From contig JAYFMW010000005.1 of the NCBI GenBank assembly GCA_042408215.1, positions 256,001-320,000 on the forward strand: a stretch of 64,000 nucleotides of DNA, read 5' to 3'. Below are positions 1 to 10,286 of the stretch, in pieces. Each line of letters begins with the position of its first letter. Within the stretch, counting starts at the first letter, position 1. The notes beneath the pieces were generated by a model. It was not told the origin of the DNA, made no database searches, and saw nothing but the letters and a program-made list of their open reading frames with translations. The stretch comes from Microcoleus sp. GTDB lineage: Bacteria; Cyanobacteriota; Cyanobacteriia; Cyanobacteriales; Microcoleaceae. The translations under genes and the position numbers were made by a program.

Positions 1-2
1 AT

Positions 3-110
3 ATAGATAAAAATCAAATAGTATTTTTTATAAACCTGCGAATACCGACTTCACCAGATTCAGAACTCTCAATAGAAAATCTAGACATCAACGATAACAA
101 CGCTAACTAA
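3..110 (+). CDS. possible 3' end of a gene entering from outside the window
   Basis: Open frame IDKNQIVFFINLRIPTSPDSELSIENLDINDNNAN-stop from the window edge; no family recognised. Confidence 0.35.
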   Translation: MDKNQIVFFINLRIPTSPDSELSIENLDINDNNAN

Positions 111-195
111 AATTTTGCCACAATTCAACTGATTGGTAGGGTGCAGCGACTAAAATCAGGAAGCGCGATCGCACTTTTACCTTGTCTCGCGGGGC

Positions 196-369
196 GATCG
201 CGGACGCAGAAACTTAACTTCATTATATTTGCCATTGTGCGATCGCTGGATGGTGTATAATAATTCTAGCCCAGATCTCCTCTTAGTAGCTCGAAAAAAC
301 GCTCAGGGTGAACCAATCATTTATGAAAGAGAAACTTGGTATCAAATTATCGAGGAATCAAATGACTGA
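196..369 (+). pseudogene. C-terminal fragment of a zeta-toxin/AAA-family protein
   Basis: Frame DRGRRNLTSLYLPLCDRWMVYNNS...WYQIIEESND-stop has no start codon at its 5' edge and begins at a HIP1 site (194-201); resembles the C-terminus of cyanobacterial zeta-toxin-like ATPases; overlaps the next ATG. Confidence 0.6.
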
Positions 370-544
370 AGAAGAACTCCTTAAGTTATATGAAAAAATT
401 GACGCAGGTGTGAAAGCAGCCATCGCCGAAGCAATTGAGAAACACCGCAGACTAGGACAATCAATTACTATCTGGCGTGATGGTAAAATCGTGACTTTAA
501 CTGCTGCTGAGATTCCACCGCGATCGGATAGCGATACTGTATAA
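362..544 (+). CDS. small protein (60 aa), usual partner of zeta-toxin-like genes
   Basis: MTEEELL...IDAGVKAAIAEAIEKHRRLGQSITIWRDGKIV; the ATG at 362 is coupled to the upstream stop (track start at 308 is probably too early). Confidence 0.7.
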   Translation: MTEEELLKLYEKIDAGVKAAIAEAIEKHRRLGQSITIWRDGKIVTLTAAEIPPRSDSDTV

Positions 545-552
545 TTCTAATT
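487..552 (+). repeat. 66-bp direct repeat, copy 1 (copy 2 at 1266-1331)
   Basis: aatcgtgactttaactgctgctgagattcca[c/g]cgcgatcggatagcgatactgtataattctaatt, one mismatch between copies. Confidence 0.95.
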
Positions 553-603
553 ACCATCATCTATTGTGCTACGATTAAATCGGAGCGTCAGTAACTAAAA
601 AAA

Positions 604-702
604 ATGGCAACAATTACCCTTCAAATTCCCGACGAATTGGCTCAACGTCTAGAACTAACTAAAAAGCCCACAACTATTTTAGATTTTAGCGATCGATTAT
701 GA
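604..702 (+). pseudogene. truncated antitoxin-like ORF
   Basis: MATITLQIPDELAQRLE is a ribbon-helix-helix-like N-terminus that ends after 32 codons, overlapping the DUF433 start. Confidence 0.5.
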
Positions 703-1010
703 CCATCAAAGAACAACTTCTCCAAACCATTGAAACACTGCCTGATGACTTGCTTGCACAAACCCTGAAATTCGTCCAAACCCTTCAGCATCCCATTCAC
801 AAAACTCCCGGAATTTGTGGCGGTGCAGCCCGAATTCGCGATACCCGCATTCCCGTCTGGACGATTGTTGCTTATCAACAACAGGGTGCAACTGAAGCCG
901 AACTTCTCTATAATTATCCAGGACTCACCCTTCAAGATTTGCAAGCGGTTGCGAACTATTACGAACACAACCGAGAAGAAATCGAGCTGTGGCTTGCTGA
1001 AAATGAATAA
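699..1010 (+). CDS. DUF433 family antitoxin
   Basis: IHKTPGICGGAARIRDTRIPVWTIV...LLYNYPGLT motif. Confidence 0.9.
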   Translation: MTIKEQLLQTIETLPDDLLAQTLKFVQTLQHPIHKTPGICGGAARIRDTRIPVWTIVAYQQQGATEAELLYNYPGLTLQDLQAVANYYEHNREEIELWLAENE

Positions 1011-1016
1011 CTGCCG

Positions 1017-1267
1017 ATGCTAAAGTTTTACTCAAATGAAAATTTCCCGATCGCCATGGTTGATTTATATTAAATCCGTTAGCATCGGAATGATATAAAC
1101 GGAGGACACGGCACTGCCGTGTCCCTACAATTAATGGGGTAGGGACACGGCACTGCCGTGTCCTCGGTATCATTCCGATGCTGCGATTTCGGGTGATGAA
1201 ACAGAATCTTAAAGGCAGTCAACAGACATTTATACTTCAGGAATACCCAAAGTCTTCTTCAGAATAA
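1017..1267 (+). pseudogene. DUF5615 PIN-like toxin remnant disrupted by a REP-containing element
   Basis: MLKFYSNENFPIAMVDLY-stop (1017-1073) is a typical DUF5615 N-terminus downstream of DUF433; a possible C-terminal remnant lies at about 1196-1267. Confidence 0.65.
1082..1180. repeat. REP doublet (REPIN-like) with flanking inverted repeats
   Basis: Two inverted GGACACGGCACTGCCGTGTCC hairpins flanked by gcatcggaatgata / tatcattccgatgc. Confidence 0.85.
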
Positions 1268-1331
1268 TCGTGACTTTAACTGCTGCTGAGATTCCAGCGC
1301 GATCGGATAGCGATACTGTATAATTCTAATT
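1266..1331 (+). repeat. 66-bp direct repeat, copy 2
   Basis: Matches 487-552 at 65/66 positions. Confidence 0.95.
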
Positions 1332-1483
1332 CCCGTCGTCGCAGTTGGTTCATCGCGACTAAGGCCAAAGAAACCGGGTTTCTCTGAAAAATATTTGCTT
1401 TCTCAACTAGATATACAAAGAAACCCGGTCGATCGCCTCGACGCGCGTCAGCCCTGTTGATGTAAACTGGATTAACATTAAAC

Positions 1484-1789
1484 CTACTCTCCTTCATCAC
1501 CAGAAAAAATTGCTTCTAAATCTTGATAGCCACTCACCACCCGCACAATTTCAACTCCCTCACCAGCAGCCCGATAAAATATCAAGTAATTCTCTACCGG
1601 AAAACTCTGCAATCCCGGCTCAAAATCATCCTGATTTCGCCCCATATTTGGAAAATTAGCCAACAATTTGCACTGCTGCTTAATGGCTTGAGTGAGTCTC
1701 CTAGCAGAATCGGGGTTAAACTGACCAATATAGCGCACAATCTCCTTTATATCGCGCTTTGCTGAAGGTGATAAAATATACCGAACCAT
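1484..1789 (-). CDS. parE: ParE/RelE family toxin
   Basis: YILSPSAKRDIKEI...LANFPNMGR...YLIFYR...VEIVRVV. Confidence 0.9.
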   Translation of the reverse strand: MVRYILSPSAKRDIKEIVRYIGQFNPDSARRLTQAIKQQCKLLANFPNMGRNQDDFEPGLQSFPVENYLIFYRAAGEGVEIVRVVSGYQDLEAIFSGDEGE

Positions 1790-2073
1790 TATCTAACCTC
1801 CTCCGTTGGTTGCATTTGAGCTTCTATGCGACAGATATCTGCCTCAATTTCATCAAATACCTCTTCGCCATCAATCCCTTCACCGCGATTCAACTCTTCT
1901 ATCCCGATTCTGATTTTTTGTCTCAACTCAGCAACACGCTTCTCTCGAATGCGATCGCGTTCCCATAACAACCGCAAAGATTCCCCTATCATCTCACTCA
2001 CTGAGGAATATCTACCTTTTTTTACCTGTTCTTGGATTAACTTTTCGAGCTCTGGAGTCAAAGATATGTTCAT
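1789..2073 (-). CDS. parD: ParD family (RHH) antitoxin
   Basis: MNISLTPELEKLIQEQVKKGRYSSVSEMI; stop/start overlap with the toxin gene. Confidence 0.9.
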   Translation of the reverse strand: MNISLTPELEKLIQEQVKKGRYSSVSEMIGESLRLLWERDRIREKRVAELRQKIRIGIEELNRGEGIDGEEVFDEIEADICRIEAQMQPTEEVR

Positions 2074-2172
2074 AATAATTTGCTCAGCTATCGACGTAAT
2101 CTCTATGATATCGCTTTTAAGATAAATCGCCCCTCATTTTCTCAAAAAAGTAGTAGGGACACTCCAGGAGCC

Positions 2173-2370
2173 TATTGGTGTCAACTTAACGTCAAACCCT
2201 GTCACAGACTACTGTTTGACGATTAAGGCCAGATCCCCCCTAACCCCCCTTAAGAAGGGGGGGACAAGATTCCGATCAAAGTCCCCCTTCTTAAGGGGGA
2301 TTTAGGGGGATCTAGACTCAGGTAAAAACCAGATTTCTCAGGGCTTTTAGGCTGGTTGTTGACACCAATG
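2173..2370. mobile_element. MITE with GGTGTCAAC...GTTGACACC termini inside a REP-like hairpin
   Basis: Terminal inverted repeats, internal CCCCCTAACCCCCCTTAAG hairpin, flanks gtagggacac.../...gtgtccctac; related copies at 5295 and 51313. Confidence 0.85.
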
Positions 2371-2697
2371 GGCACGCTTGAGTGTCCCTACGGGGATAGA
2401 TCGCATCACCAATCACAAATAACAAACAACCAATAACTATTAACTCAAAACGGAATTATTGTCAAGAGTATTTTTGCGGAAATATCAAATATTAAATAAA
2501 AAATTCCAGCTTGTACGATCGATCGCCCTCAGTTCAATGTATCTGAAAATGCCAACAGCATCAAACATTTCATTAATATTAACAATAAGTGTTTACATTG
2601 GCGATCGCAATTTTGTTATCCTATTAGCAAGTTTCACTCGATCGACTAAATTTTTGTACCACAGTCCTACCACCTAAACAGAACGGCAGTTTCCACC

Positions 2698-3636
2698 ATG
2701 AGAATTTTAGTCACAGGCGGTGCGGGTTTCATCGGTTCCCACCTAATCGATCGCCTAATGGCCCAAGGACACGAGGTAGTCTGCTTAGATAATTTCTACA
2801 CCGGGACTAAACGCAATATCCTCAAATGGCTGGACAACCCGTACTTTGAGCTGATTCGCCACGACATCACCGAACCGATTCGCTTAGAAGTAGATCAGAT
2901 TTACCATCTGGCCTGTCCCGCTTCCCCTGTACACTATCAGTACAACCCTGTCAAGACAATTAAAACAAACGTCATCGGCACGATGAATATGTTGGGATTG
3001 GCCAAACGGGTGAAGGCAAGATTCTTTCTCGCTTCCACTTCCGAAGTGTACGGAGATCCTGACGTCCATCCCCAAACAGAAGAATATCGCGGCAACGTTA
3101 ATTGTATCGGGATCAGATCGTGTTACGACGAAGGCAAGCGAGTAGCTGAAACCCTATCTTTTGACTACCACCGACAAAATGGGGTAGACATTCGAGTTGT
3201 CCGAATCTTCAATACCTATGGCCCGCGAATGTTAGAAAATGACGGCCGAGTTGTGAGCAATTTTATTGTTCAAGCTTTGCGAAACGAACCGCTGACAATA
3301 TACGGCGACGGTTCCCAAACCCGGAGTTTCTGCTACGTTTCCGATTTGGTGGAAGGATTTATTCGCTTGATGAATAGCGACAAAATCGGGCCGATGAATT
3401 TGGGGAATCCCGGCGAATATACTATCTTGGAATTGGCACAGAAAATTCAAAACATGATTAACCCAGGGGCGGAAATTATCTTTAAACCCCTGCCAGAAGA
3501 TGACCCAAAACAGCGACAACCGGATATTAATCGTGCTAAAACTTGGTTGGGGTGGGAGCCGACTATTCCCCTGGATAAAGGTTTGGAGTTGACTGTGAAA
3601 GATTTTCGCGATCGCATCGAGGGAAAAAAACAATAA
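2698..3636 (+). CDS. UDP-glucuronate decarboxylase (UDP-xylose synthase family SDR)
   Basis: [25 protein letters not shown] and YDEGKR motifs. Confidence 0.95.
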   Translation: MRILVTGGAGFIGSHLIDRLMAQGHEVVCLDNFYTGTKRNILKWLDNPYFELIRHDITEPIRLEVDQIYHLACPASPVHYQYNPVKTIKTNVIGTMNMLGLAKRVKARFFLASTSEVYGDPDVHPQTEEYRGNVNCIGIRSCYDEGKRVAETLSFDYHRQNGVDIRVVRIFNTYGPRMLENDGRVVSNFIVQALRNEPLTIYGDGSQTRSFCYVSDLVEGFIRLMNSDKIGPMNLGNPGEYTILELAQKIQNMINPGAEIIFKPLPEDDPKQRQPDINRAKTWLGWEPTIPLDKGLELTVKDFRDRIEGKKQ

Positions 3637-3688
3637 ATAAGGGGAGAGGAGGAGAGTGAGAAGGGAAGAGGGAGAGGAAAAGGGGCGT

Positions 3689-3828
3689 TCCCCAATTCCC
3701 AATTCCCCCCTTGGGGGGGGCGAGGGGGGGGTTCCCCAATTCCCAATTCCCAATTCCCAATTCCCAATTCCCAATTCCCAATTCCCAATTCCCAATTCCC
3801 AATTCCCAATTCCCAATTCCCAATTCCC
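3689..3828. repeat. heptamer tandem repeat (CCCAATT)n with a G/C hairpin
   Basis: Direct reading. Confidence 0.95.
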
Positions 3829-3858
3829 ATCTAATTTATTTACTTTGAGGACATTTCT

Positions 3859-5247
3859 ATGCGTGTTTGCGTCATCGGTACTGGATATGTTGGCTTAGTC
3901 ACCGGCACTTGTTTAGCTCACATTGGACATCATGTAATTTGCGTAGACAACAACGAAGAAAAAGTCAAGTTAATGAAGTCTGGACAATCGCCAATTTTTG
4001 AACCCGGACTTTCTGAATTAATGTCTTCTGCATCTGCGTCGGGCCATCTAGAATTTACTGCGGATTTGGCCACAGGAGTTGCTCACGGAGAGATTTTATT
4101 TATTGCCGTTGGTACCCCTCCTTTGCCTACAGGAGAAAGCGATACTCGCTACGTGGAAGCGGTTGCGCGCGGAATTGGTGCTCACCTCGACGGCGACTAC
4201 AAAGTGTTAGTAAATAAATCGACGGTGCCCATCGGTTCGGGGGATTGGGTGCGAAGGATTGTACTCGACGGTTTGGCGGAACGTCAAAATTCTCAAAGTA
4301 GCGAAGGGGCTACAGGCGAAGAAGTAGCAGCAAAAACTGTTGCTCAATTTGATGTGGTTAGCAACCCGGAGTTTTTGCGAGAGGGTTGTGCTATTTTCGA
4401 TACGTTTAATCCCGATCGCATTGTTCTGGGGAGCAATTCTCAACGGGCGATGGACATGATGATCCAATTGTACAAGCCGATTGTCGATCGCAATTTTGCA
4501 GAAAATCCATCTTTACCACCGGTGCCTGTGGTGATCACTGATATCAGTTCAGCGGAGATGATTAAGTACGCTGCTAATGCTTTTTTGGCGACGAAGATTA
4601 GCTTTATCAATGAAGTGGCTAATATTTGCGATCGTGTCGGTGCAGATGTTACCCAAGTCGCCCGAGGTATCGGTTTAGATTCGCGGATTGGCGACAAGTT
4701 TCTGCAAGCAGGAATTGGTTGGGGCGGTTCTTGTTTCCCCAAAGATGTCTCGGCCTTAGTTCACACTGCTGACGATTACGGCTACGAGGCACATTTGCTG
4801 AAAGCCGCAGTGGCAGTTAACGAACATCAGCGATTGATTGCTATTGAAAAGTTGCAGCAAGTTTTGAAGATTCTCAAAGGCAAAACTGTAGGACTTTTGG
4901 GTTTGACTTTCAAGCCAGATACTGATGATTTGCGCGATGCTCCTTCTCTGAATTTAATCGAGAATTTGAACCGATTGGGAGCTAAAGTTAAAGCTTACGA
5001 TCCGATTGTTTCTCAAACTGGGATGCGTCACGGTTTGTCGGGAGTTTTGGTAGAAACTGACCCGGAAAGGCTGGCTGATAGTTGCGATGCTTTGGTGTTG
5101 GTGACTGATTGGGAGCAGTTTCGCAATTTAGACTATGAGAAAATGGCGAAGTTGATGAATCATCCGGTGATGATTGACGGCCGCAATTTCTTAGACAAGA
5201 AGGTTTTAGAAGCGGCTGGTTTCCAATATGTGGGAATTGGAAGGTAA
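3859..5247 (+). CDS. ugd: UDP-glucose 6-dehydrogenase
   Basis: [37 protein letters not shown]. Confidence 0.95.
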   Translation: MRVCVIGTGYVGLVTGTCLAHIGHHVICVDNNEEKVKLMKSGQSPIFEPGLSELMSSASASGHLEFTADLATGVAHGEILFIAVGTPPLPTGESDTRYVEAVARGIGAHLDGDYKVLVNKSTVPIGSGDWVRRIVLDGLAERQNSQSSEGATGEEVAAKTVAQFDVVSNPEFLREGCAIFDTFNPDRIVLGSNSQRAMDMMIQLYKPIVDRNFAENPSLPPVPVVITDISSAEMIKYAANAFLATKISFINEVANICDRVGADVTQVARGIGLDSRIGDKFLQAGIGWGGSCFPKDVSALVHTADDYGYEAHLLKAAVAVNEHQRLIAIEKLQQVLKILKGKTVGLLGLTFKPDTDDLRDAPSLNLIENLNRLGAKVKAYDPIVSQTGMRHGLSGVLVETDPERLADSCDALVLVTDWEQFRNLDYEKMAKLMNHPVMIDGRNFLDKKVLEAAGFQYVGIGR

Positions 5248-5278
5248 AGGGAAAGAATTAATATTACCCACCAAAGTC

Positions 5279-5697
5279 AGGACACGGCAATGCCCATAGG
5301 TGTCAACTTAACTTCAAGCCCAGTCAGAGACTGCTGTTTGACTATTAAGGCCAGATCCCCCCTAACCCCCCTTAACAAGGGGAGTAGGGGGTGGGACAAG
5401 AGTCGGATCAAAGTCAACCCCTACTGACACCCTACTCCCTGCTTAAGGGGGGGTAGGGGGCAAGCTAAGGGCGTGTTTTCAAACCCGGAGATCCCCCTAA
5501 ATCCCCCTTAAGAAGGGGGACTTTGAGAAGATTCCGGTCCCCCCCTGCTTAAGGGGGAGTAGGGGGCAAGCTAAGGGGGGATCGGATTCTATGCAGCTTC
5601 ATAAAAAATTGGTATTACGCACCTGACTAAAGAAACCGGGTTTTTTACCGAATCTGTCGGCTACAACAAGTCTTTCGTAAAAAACCCGGTTTCTCGG
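5279..5697. mobile_element. composite of nested MITE and hairpin repeats
   Basis: REP half-site, then CATAGGTGTCAACTTAA end (5295), several CCCCCTTAAG..GGGGG hairpins, a TA-MITE end (aaattggtatta near 5617), and aaaccggg...cccggttt. Confidence 0.8.
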
Positions 5698-5735
5698 CCT
5701 TTATGGGTAAGTCCTGTATAATTCAAATGACACAC

Positions 5736-6330
5736 TTACCTATCATTTTCATTCTGCATCGGAAACACCCCCGACAAATCCAGAAACAAATCAGGGAAAC
5801 CAGGAATAACAACCGACTCATTAAGCAAAACAATTCGCTTCAACCGATAACCAAACTTATCTCGACTCTCCCGATAAGGCTCACTATAAACTTCCAGCCA
5901 ATTGCTGACTAAATTAAAAATCCAGTAATTAGAAATACCATCCTCAGCATAGATAGATAATTTCCTTACTTGGTCATAACTCAAAGTCGAATCAGAAATC
6001 TCAACCACCAACAAAATATCAGCAGGTTCTGGGTGAGAAGACAAATAATCATCAGCGCGATTTCGAGCAATAACTACATCCGGCTGAGGCTCACTATCAG
6101 CCGATAAAAATAATCGGTTCTTGTCCCCGCACGATCGCGCGATCGCCCAGTAGCCTAATTAAAATACGAACTAAACGGGTATTGCAAACTGAGTGAGGTG
6201 TTTTTTTAGTCGGCCTTTGAAGAATCTCTCCACGAATCAACTCAACCCGCTCATCCGGCCGAAAAAACCCCAATTCTGCGAGACGGTGATATTCACTTAG
6301 AGTAAAGGGTTTTGCAGTAACAGTAGTCAT
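5736..6330 (-). pseudogene. Uma2 family endonuclease, frameshifted
   Basis: N-half FTLSEYHRLAELGFF..ERVELIRGEI and C-half SEPQPDVVI..LLVVEISDSTLSYD..YWIFNL join if one base is removed from the A5 run at 6106-6110. Confidence 0.85.
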
Positions 6331-6426
6331 CTTTTTTCCTGTATGCGGTACTGACGTCAACTTTGAAACACTCACCGACAGTCAGTTTTGTAGGTGCTGG
6401 TGGCGCACCTTACGCTTAAAAACTCT

Positions 6427-6918
6427 TTAAAAATTCTCCATCAAATCTTTTTCTTGGGCGTAAACATCCCGTAGCTGTTGTAGCGCTGAAAGTGCAATTA
6501 CCGATTTAATAGTACCTACCAATTTTCCCCACTCAAGTAAGCTGTCAACTGAAACAGCATTTTTGAAATTGTAGGTATAGAATTGCGTCCAAAACTTAGG
6601 TGCTTGCTGGGTATTCCAGCGTTTGTACCATCCGGTAAAATCTTGAGATGTGGGGGGATTTACTTCTACAATTGGGGGGAAATCGGCGTAGCTGACAAAT
6701 CGGCTGATTCCTTGGGCGTGAACATACACCATGTAGTGACAACATTCGATCCGGTAAATCTGTTCGGGTGAGATGTTGAATAAGAGTGCAACTGTTTCTT
6801 CGGTGACAAATCTCGATCGCGGATTCACAACCGAGGTGGATTTGTGAAGAATTTTTGATGCGCCGATCGCCGAGGAGTTTGACTGATTTTCTGATATCAT
6901 GGTAGTGCATTGATCCAT
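6427..6918 (-). CDS. hypothetical protein
   Basis: 163-aa ORF downstream of a consensus promoter; start could be at 6900. Confidence 0.75.
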   Translation of the reverse strand: MDQCTTMISENQSNSSAIGASKILHKSTSVVNPRSRFVTEETVALLFNISPEQIYRIECCHYMVYVHAQGISRFVSYADFPPIVEVNPPTSQDFTGWYKRWNTQQAPKFWTQFYTYNFKNAVSVDSLLEWGKLVGTIKSVIALSALQQLRDVYAQEKDLMENF

Positions 6919-7021
6919 TGTAAGTGTACAAGACAGAGACCATCTGTCCAGGTTAAGCTTAATAGGTCGTCAGGAATGAGTTTTCGAGACTTAAAGGCGA
7001 TCGGCTGTTTTAGATGCTATC

Positions 7022-7050
7022 ATTATAAACGCAAGTACATAGTTTGTCAA
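7022..7050 (-). promoter_or_regulatory. perfect sigma70 consensus promoter
   Basis: Minus strand reads TTGACA-aactatgtacttgcgtt (17 bp)-TATAAT. Confidence 0.85.
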
Positions 7051-7052
7051 GT

Positions 7053-7265
7053 ATGGGTTTAGTAAGAATCAAAGTTCGAGAACTAGCCGCCGAGAGGGGC
7101 TGGACATTTAAAGAGGTTGCCGATCGTTCTGGTGTAGTATACAGCACGATCACTACCTATGCGAGGCGATCGTCCATATCAATGGTAGATTTTACCGCCC
7201 TTCACAAATTAGCGCGAGCTTTTGATGTGATGATTGAAGATTTAGTGGAGATTATTGAGGAATAG
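7053..7265 (+). CDS. XRE/Cro-CI family helix-turn-helix regulator
   Basis: VRIKVRELAAERGWTFKEVADRSGV...LHKLARAFDVMIEDLV. Confidence 0.9.
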   Translation: MGLVRIKVRELAAERGWTFKEVADRSGVVYSTITTYARRSSISMVDFTALHKLARAFDVMIEDLVEIIEE

Positions 7266-7669
7266 GTCGATAGTCAGGAATCAGGAGTAAGATTCTTGTA
7301 GTTCAAAGGTTTTAGGAATCTGAGAGTCCTAACTGCCCTCTGCTATTGCTAGTATAGAAGATTTTCTATTCAGTTTTGGCCGCCTGGTAATTTTCTATGG
7401 AATCGGAGAAATTTGGGAGAGAAAAAAGCTCTAGCAGAAGGAAGAAGGAAGAAGGAAGAAGGAAGAAGTAAAATGCAATAAAATCAATCTTCTCTTAGAT
7501 ACCCGACAACTTCTGCGAAGTCGGGTATCAGGATATTCTGTTTTTTTAGGTGGGCTTACTTAGATCAAATCCTCTCTTCATCGGAATAGTAAATTCGAGT
7601 TAACTGTTAACAGTCAACCGTCAACCGTCAACCGTCAACAATCACCTGACGATGCAACCGGAATTGATA

Positions 7670-8188
7670 TTACCTGCTACCCATATCCTTCAAAACCTGC
7701 TCAAGCGTATTAGCTTCCTGAGTTTTTCCTTGCTTTCTAAATAAATCCCTCGCTCTTTTCACCGACTCTACAGCATCTGCCATCTTATTTTGTGCATAGA
7801 GCACTTGGCCTTTCATATAATAAAATTCTGGGACATCAGGCTTAATCCGAATTGCATTGTCAAAATTGGGAATTGCTTCTGCTAACTTGTTTTGATTAGC
7901 TAAAATGCTGCCCAAGTTAGCGTAAGCTTCGGCAAAATTGGGGTTAATTTGAATTGCTCTGCGAAAAGCTCCTTCTGCTGCTGCCATATTTTGTTGCGCC
8001 GAAAAAGTTAAGCCTTGCTGAAAAACTTCTTCGGCACCAGTATTTTGAACCAAAATATTTTTTACAGGTAACTCTGCTAGCCGCGCTGGTAAAGAGAAAC
8101 TTGCAGCAGATACTGGAGTAATTGTAAATATACTCGCGACAGTCGCAGCTAAAAACTCAATTATTTTGAACTCTTTCAACATTTCCAA
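7670..8188 (-). CDS. TPR protein with N-terminal signal peptide
   Basis: AFRRAIQINPNFAEAYANLG TPR motifs; hydrophobic N-terminus. Confidence 0.9.
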   Translation of the reverse strand: MEMLKEFKIIEFLAATVASIFTITPVSAASFSLPARLAELPVKNILVQNTGAEEVFQQGLTFSAQQNMAAAEGAFRRAIQINPNFAEAYANLGSILANQNKLAEAIPNFDNAIRIKPDVPEFYYMKGQVLYAQNKMADAVESVKRARDLFRKQGKTQEANTLEQVLKDMGSR

Positions 8189-8228
8189 GCAACCTAGATT
8201 TCAAATTAGGACTATATTTTTTGAGGGT

Positions 8229-9866
8229 TCAATTCGTGCCTTCCAAAAACGTCTGTACGCGACCATTTGGTCTCAAAACAACTCTAATTCTGGGGTTATT
8301 GCCATTAGAAACAGCAGAAACAAAAGGCTCGCCGACTAAAGGCATATTAGTGCGATCGATATAATCTCCTGCTGCTTTTCCCATCGGCATAATACTTTGA
8401 ATTGACCCTTTTTCATCGATCTGCACGCTGTACTCCAAAGTTTCTTGCATACCTTCGGTGGGCTTCCAGCGTTCCTCAAAATAAGCTCTAGCTTCCGAAA
8501 CCTGGGGGATAGTATCAAATAAAGTACGATTTTTTTGGTTCGCAGCCGCTTGCTGACTGTCTTCAGACTCAGCTTTTGGTTGAGCGTCCTCAAGGGTTGG
8601 CAGTTCGGTACTCCCAGGGGGAACGATCGCCCCGATGGGAGGAATAGCAGATTGTGGTTGGGGATTCTCCAGCCGGGAAGCAGACAGTGGTGGCACTAAA
8701 GGTGGCAGTAGCGGTGGCATTGGTGGGGCTACAGCGGGTGCGAGTCTCGGCGGCACGGGGGGGAGTCGATAGGGGACTGGAGGAGGCTGGGTGGCCGAAA
8801 TTGGGGCTTCTACGGGAGCAGGAATTGCGATCGCTTGCTCTTGAGAGGGCGGTGGGGCGATCGCTGGGCTGCCGTGACGCGGAAATAGCAAGGGCGGCTG
8901 CTGAATGGGGCTGGGCTTGTTAGTCCCAGGAGTTGAGGAGAGGGCGATCGGCGGCAAGCTGGGGCTGACGGATGCGATCGCGTCGATCGGCGGGGGTGGT
9001 AGGGGCGGCAAGGTGGGTGTGGCTGTGGGTGTGGCTGTGGGTGTGGCTGTGGCTGTGGCTGTGGGTGTGGGTGTGGCTGTGGCTGTGGGTGTGGCTGTGG
9101 GTGTGGCTGTGGGTGTGGCTGTGGGTGTGGCTGGGACAAGGGGGCTACCCGATGGGCCGATGGCTTGCTGTGCGGGGGCTGAGGCTGTTTGTGGCTCCCT
9201 GGGGGGTCCATCGAGCAATCTTGACTTAACCATTGTCAAGCCCACAATTGCCACAACCATCGCAGCCGCCGCCCCCAGCCAAGGTGCAGAAAATTGCTTT
9301 CCGGGCGATCGCATGAGCTTGGGTAGTGCCATCACCTCCGCAGCATATTCATCTAAAGCAGTCGCCAAGTCAAACAGTTGCAGGGTGCTTAAGGGCACTA
9401 CTGGCCCGGATTCTGCAACACTCAAAGAGCCTAAAAATAAGTTGTGGGCGAGTAAGCCGCGGGGTTCCAAGTGGGGATGAACCGGAAGGTAAGAAGTGTT
9501 CGGGGCCGAAGTTGCGATTTCATGGGGGTTGACGGCTTCGCCCAACATGACTGCGCTGCGGGTGGCCTGGGGCGAGTCGGCTTCGGAAACGGTATGGCTG
9601 ACTTCAGAAGTGAGGCTGCTTTCCCAAACGCGGGATTCCGTGAGAAAGTTTTGTACGTAGGTGCTGACAGCTTCGTGAAGGGCTTCTAGTTGAGTGCGAT
9701 CGCCCCTGAGAGTGACGTGTTCGGTTTCTGGTAGCCGCGGATCATCTAGTCGCAGCTCAAAACTTAAAGATTTCAACAGGGGTTGGCCCGCCCAGCGAGA
9801 TAGAGGCGAACTTTTAGCTGTAATTTCCAGCGTGCAAGTGGGGGGCGTGTACCGTTTCAGAACCAT
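8229..9866 (-). CDS. DUF4335 domain membrane protein with Pro/Thr-rich linker
   Basis: [27 protein letters not shown], one TM segment, hexamer-encoded PT/AT repeat at about 9013-9131. Confidence 0.85.
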   Translation of the reverse strand: MVLKRYTPPTCTLEITAKSSPLSRWAGQPLLKSLSFELRLDDPRLPETEHVTLRGDRTQLEALHEAVSTYVQNFLTESRVWESSLTSEVSHTVSEADSPQATRSAVMLGEAVNPHEIATSAPNTSYLPVHPHLEPRGLLAHNLFLGSLSVAESGPVVPLSTLQLFDLATALDEYAAEVMALPKLMRSPGKQFSAPWLGAAAAMVVAIVGLTMVKSRLLDGPPREPQTASAPAQQAIGPSGSPLVPATPTATPTATPTATPTATATPTPTATATATPTATPTATPTLPPLPPPPIDAIASVSPSLPPIALSSTPGTNKPSPIQQPPLLFPRHGSPAIAPPPSQEQAIAIPAPVEAPISATQPPPVPYRLPPVPPRLAPAVAPPMPPLLPPLVPPLSASRLENPQPQSAIPPIGAIVPPGSTELPTLEDAQPKAESEDSQQAAANQKNRTLFDTIPQVSEARAYFEERWKPTEGMQETLEYSVQIDEKGSIQSIMPMGKAAGDYIDRTNMPLVGEPFVSAVSNGNNPRIRVVLRPNGRVQTFLEGTN

Positions 9867-9877
9867 AGCAAAGAAGT

Positions 9878-10286
9878 CTGTTGACTGTTGACTGTTGACT
9901 GTTGGCTGTTGGCTGTTGGCTGTTGACTGTTGGCTGTTGGCTGTTGGCTGTTGGCTGTTGGCTGTTGGCTGTTGGCTGTTGGCTGTTGGCTGTTAACTGT
10001 TAACTAATGACTAATGACTAATGACTAATGACTAATGACTAATGACTAATGACTAATGACTAATGACTGATGACTAATGACTAATGACCAATGACTAACA
10101 ACCAATGACTAATAACCAATGACTAATAACCAATGACTAATAACCAATGACTAATAACCAATGACTAACAACCAATGACTAATAACCAATGACTAATGAC
10201 TAATGACTAATGACCAATGACTAATGACTGATGACTAATGACTAATGACTAATGACCAATGACTAATGACTAATGACTGATGACTA
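9878..10286. repeat. compound heptamer arrays (TGTTGRC)n then (TAATGAC)n variants
   Basis: Direct reading; fills the whole intergenic space. Confidence 0.95.

Noticed and set aside
3232..3898. ORFs with GIGNWEL / FPIPNSQ repeats
   Set aside because: Translation artefacts of the (CCCAATT)n array, overlapping real genes
8654..9532. Alternative-frame ORFs (VAVGV, WLWV, QPHP repeats)
   Set aside because: Shadows of the hexamer repeat inside the DUF4335 gene
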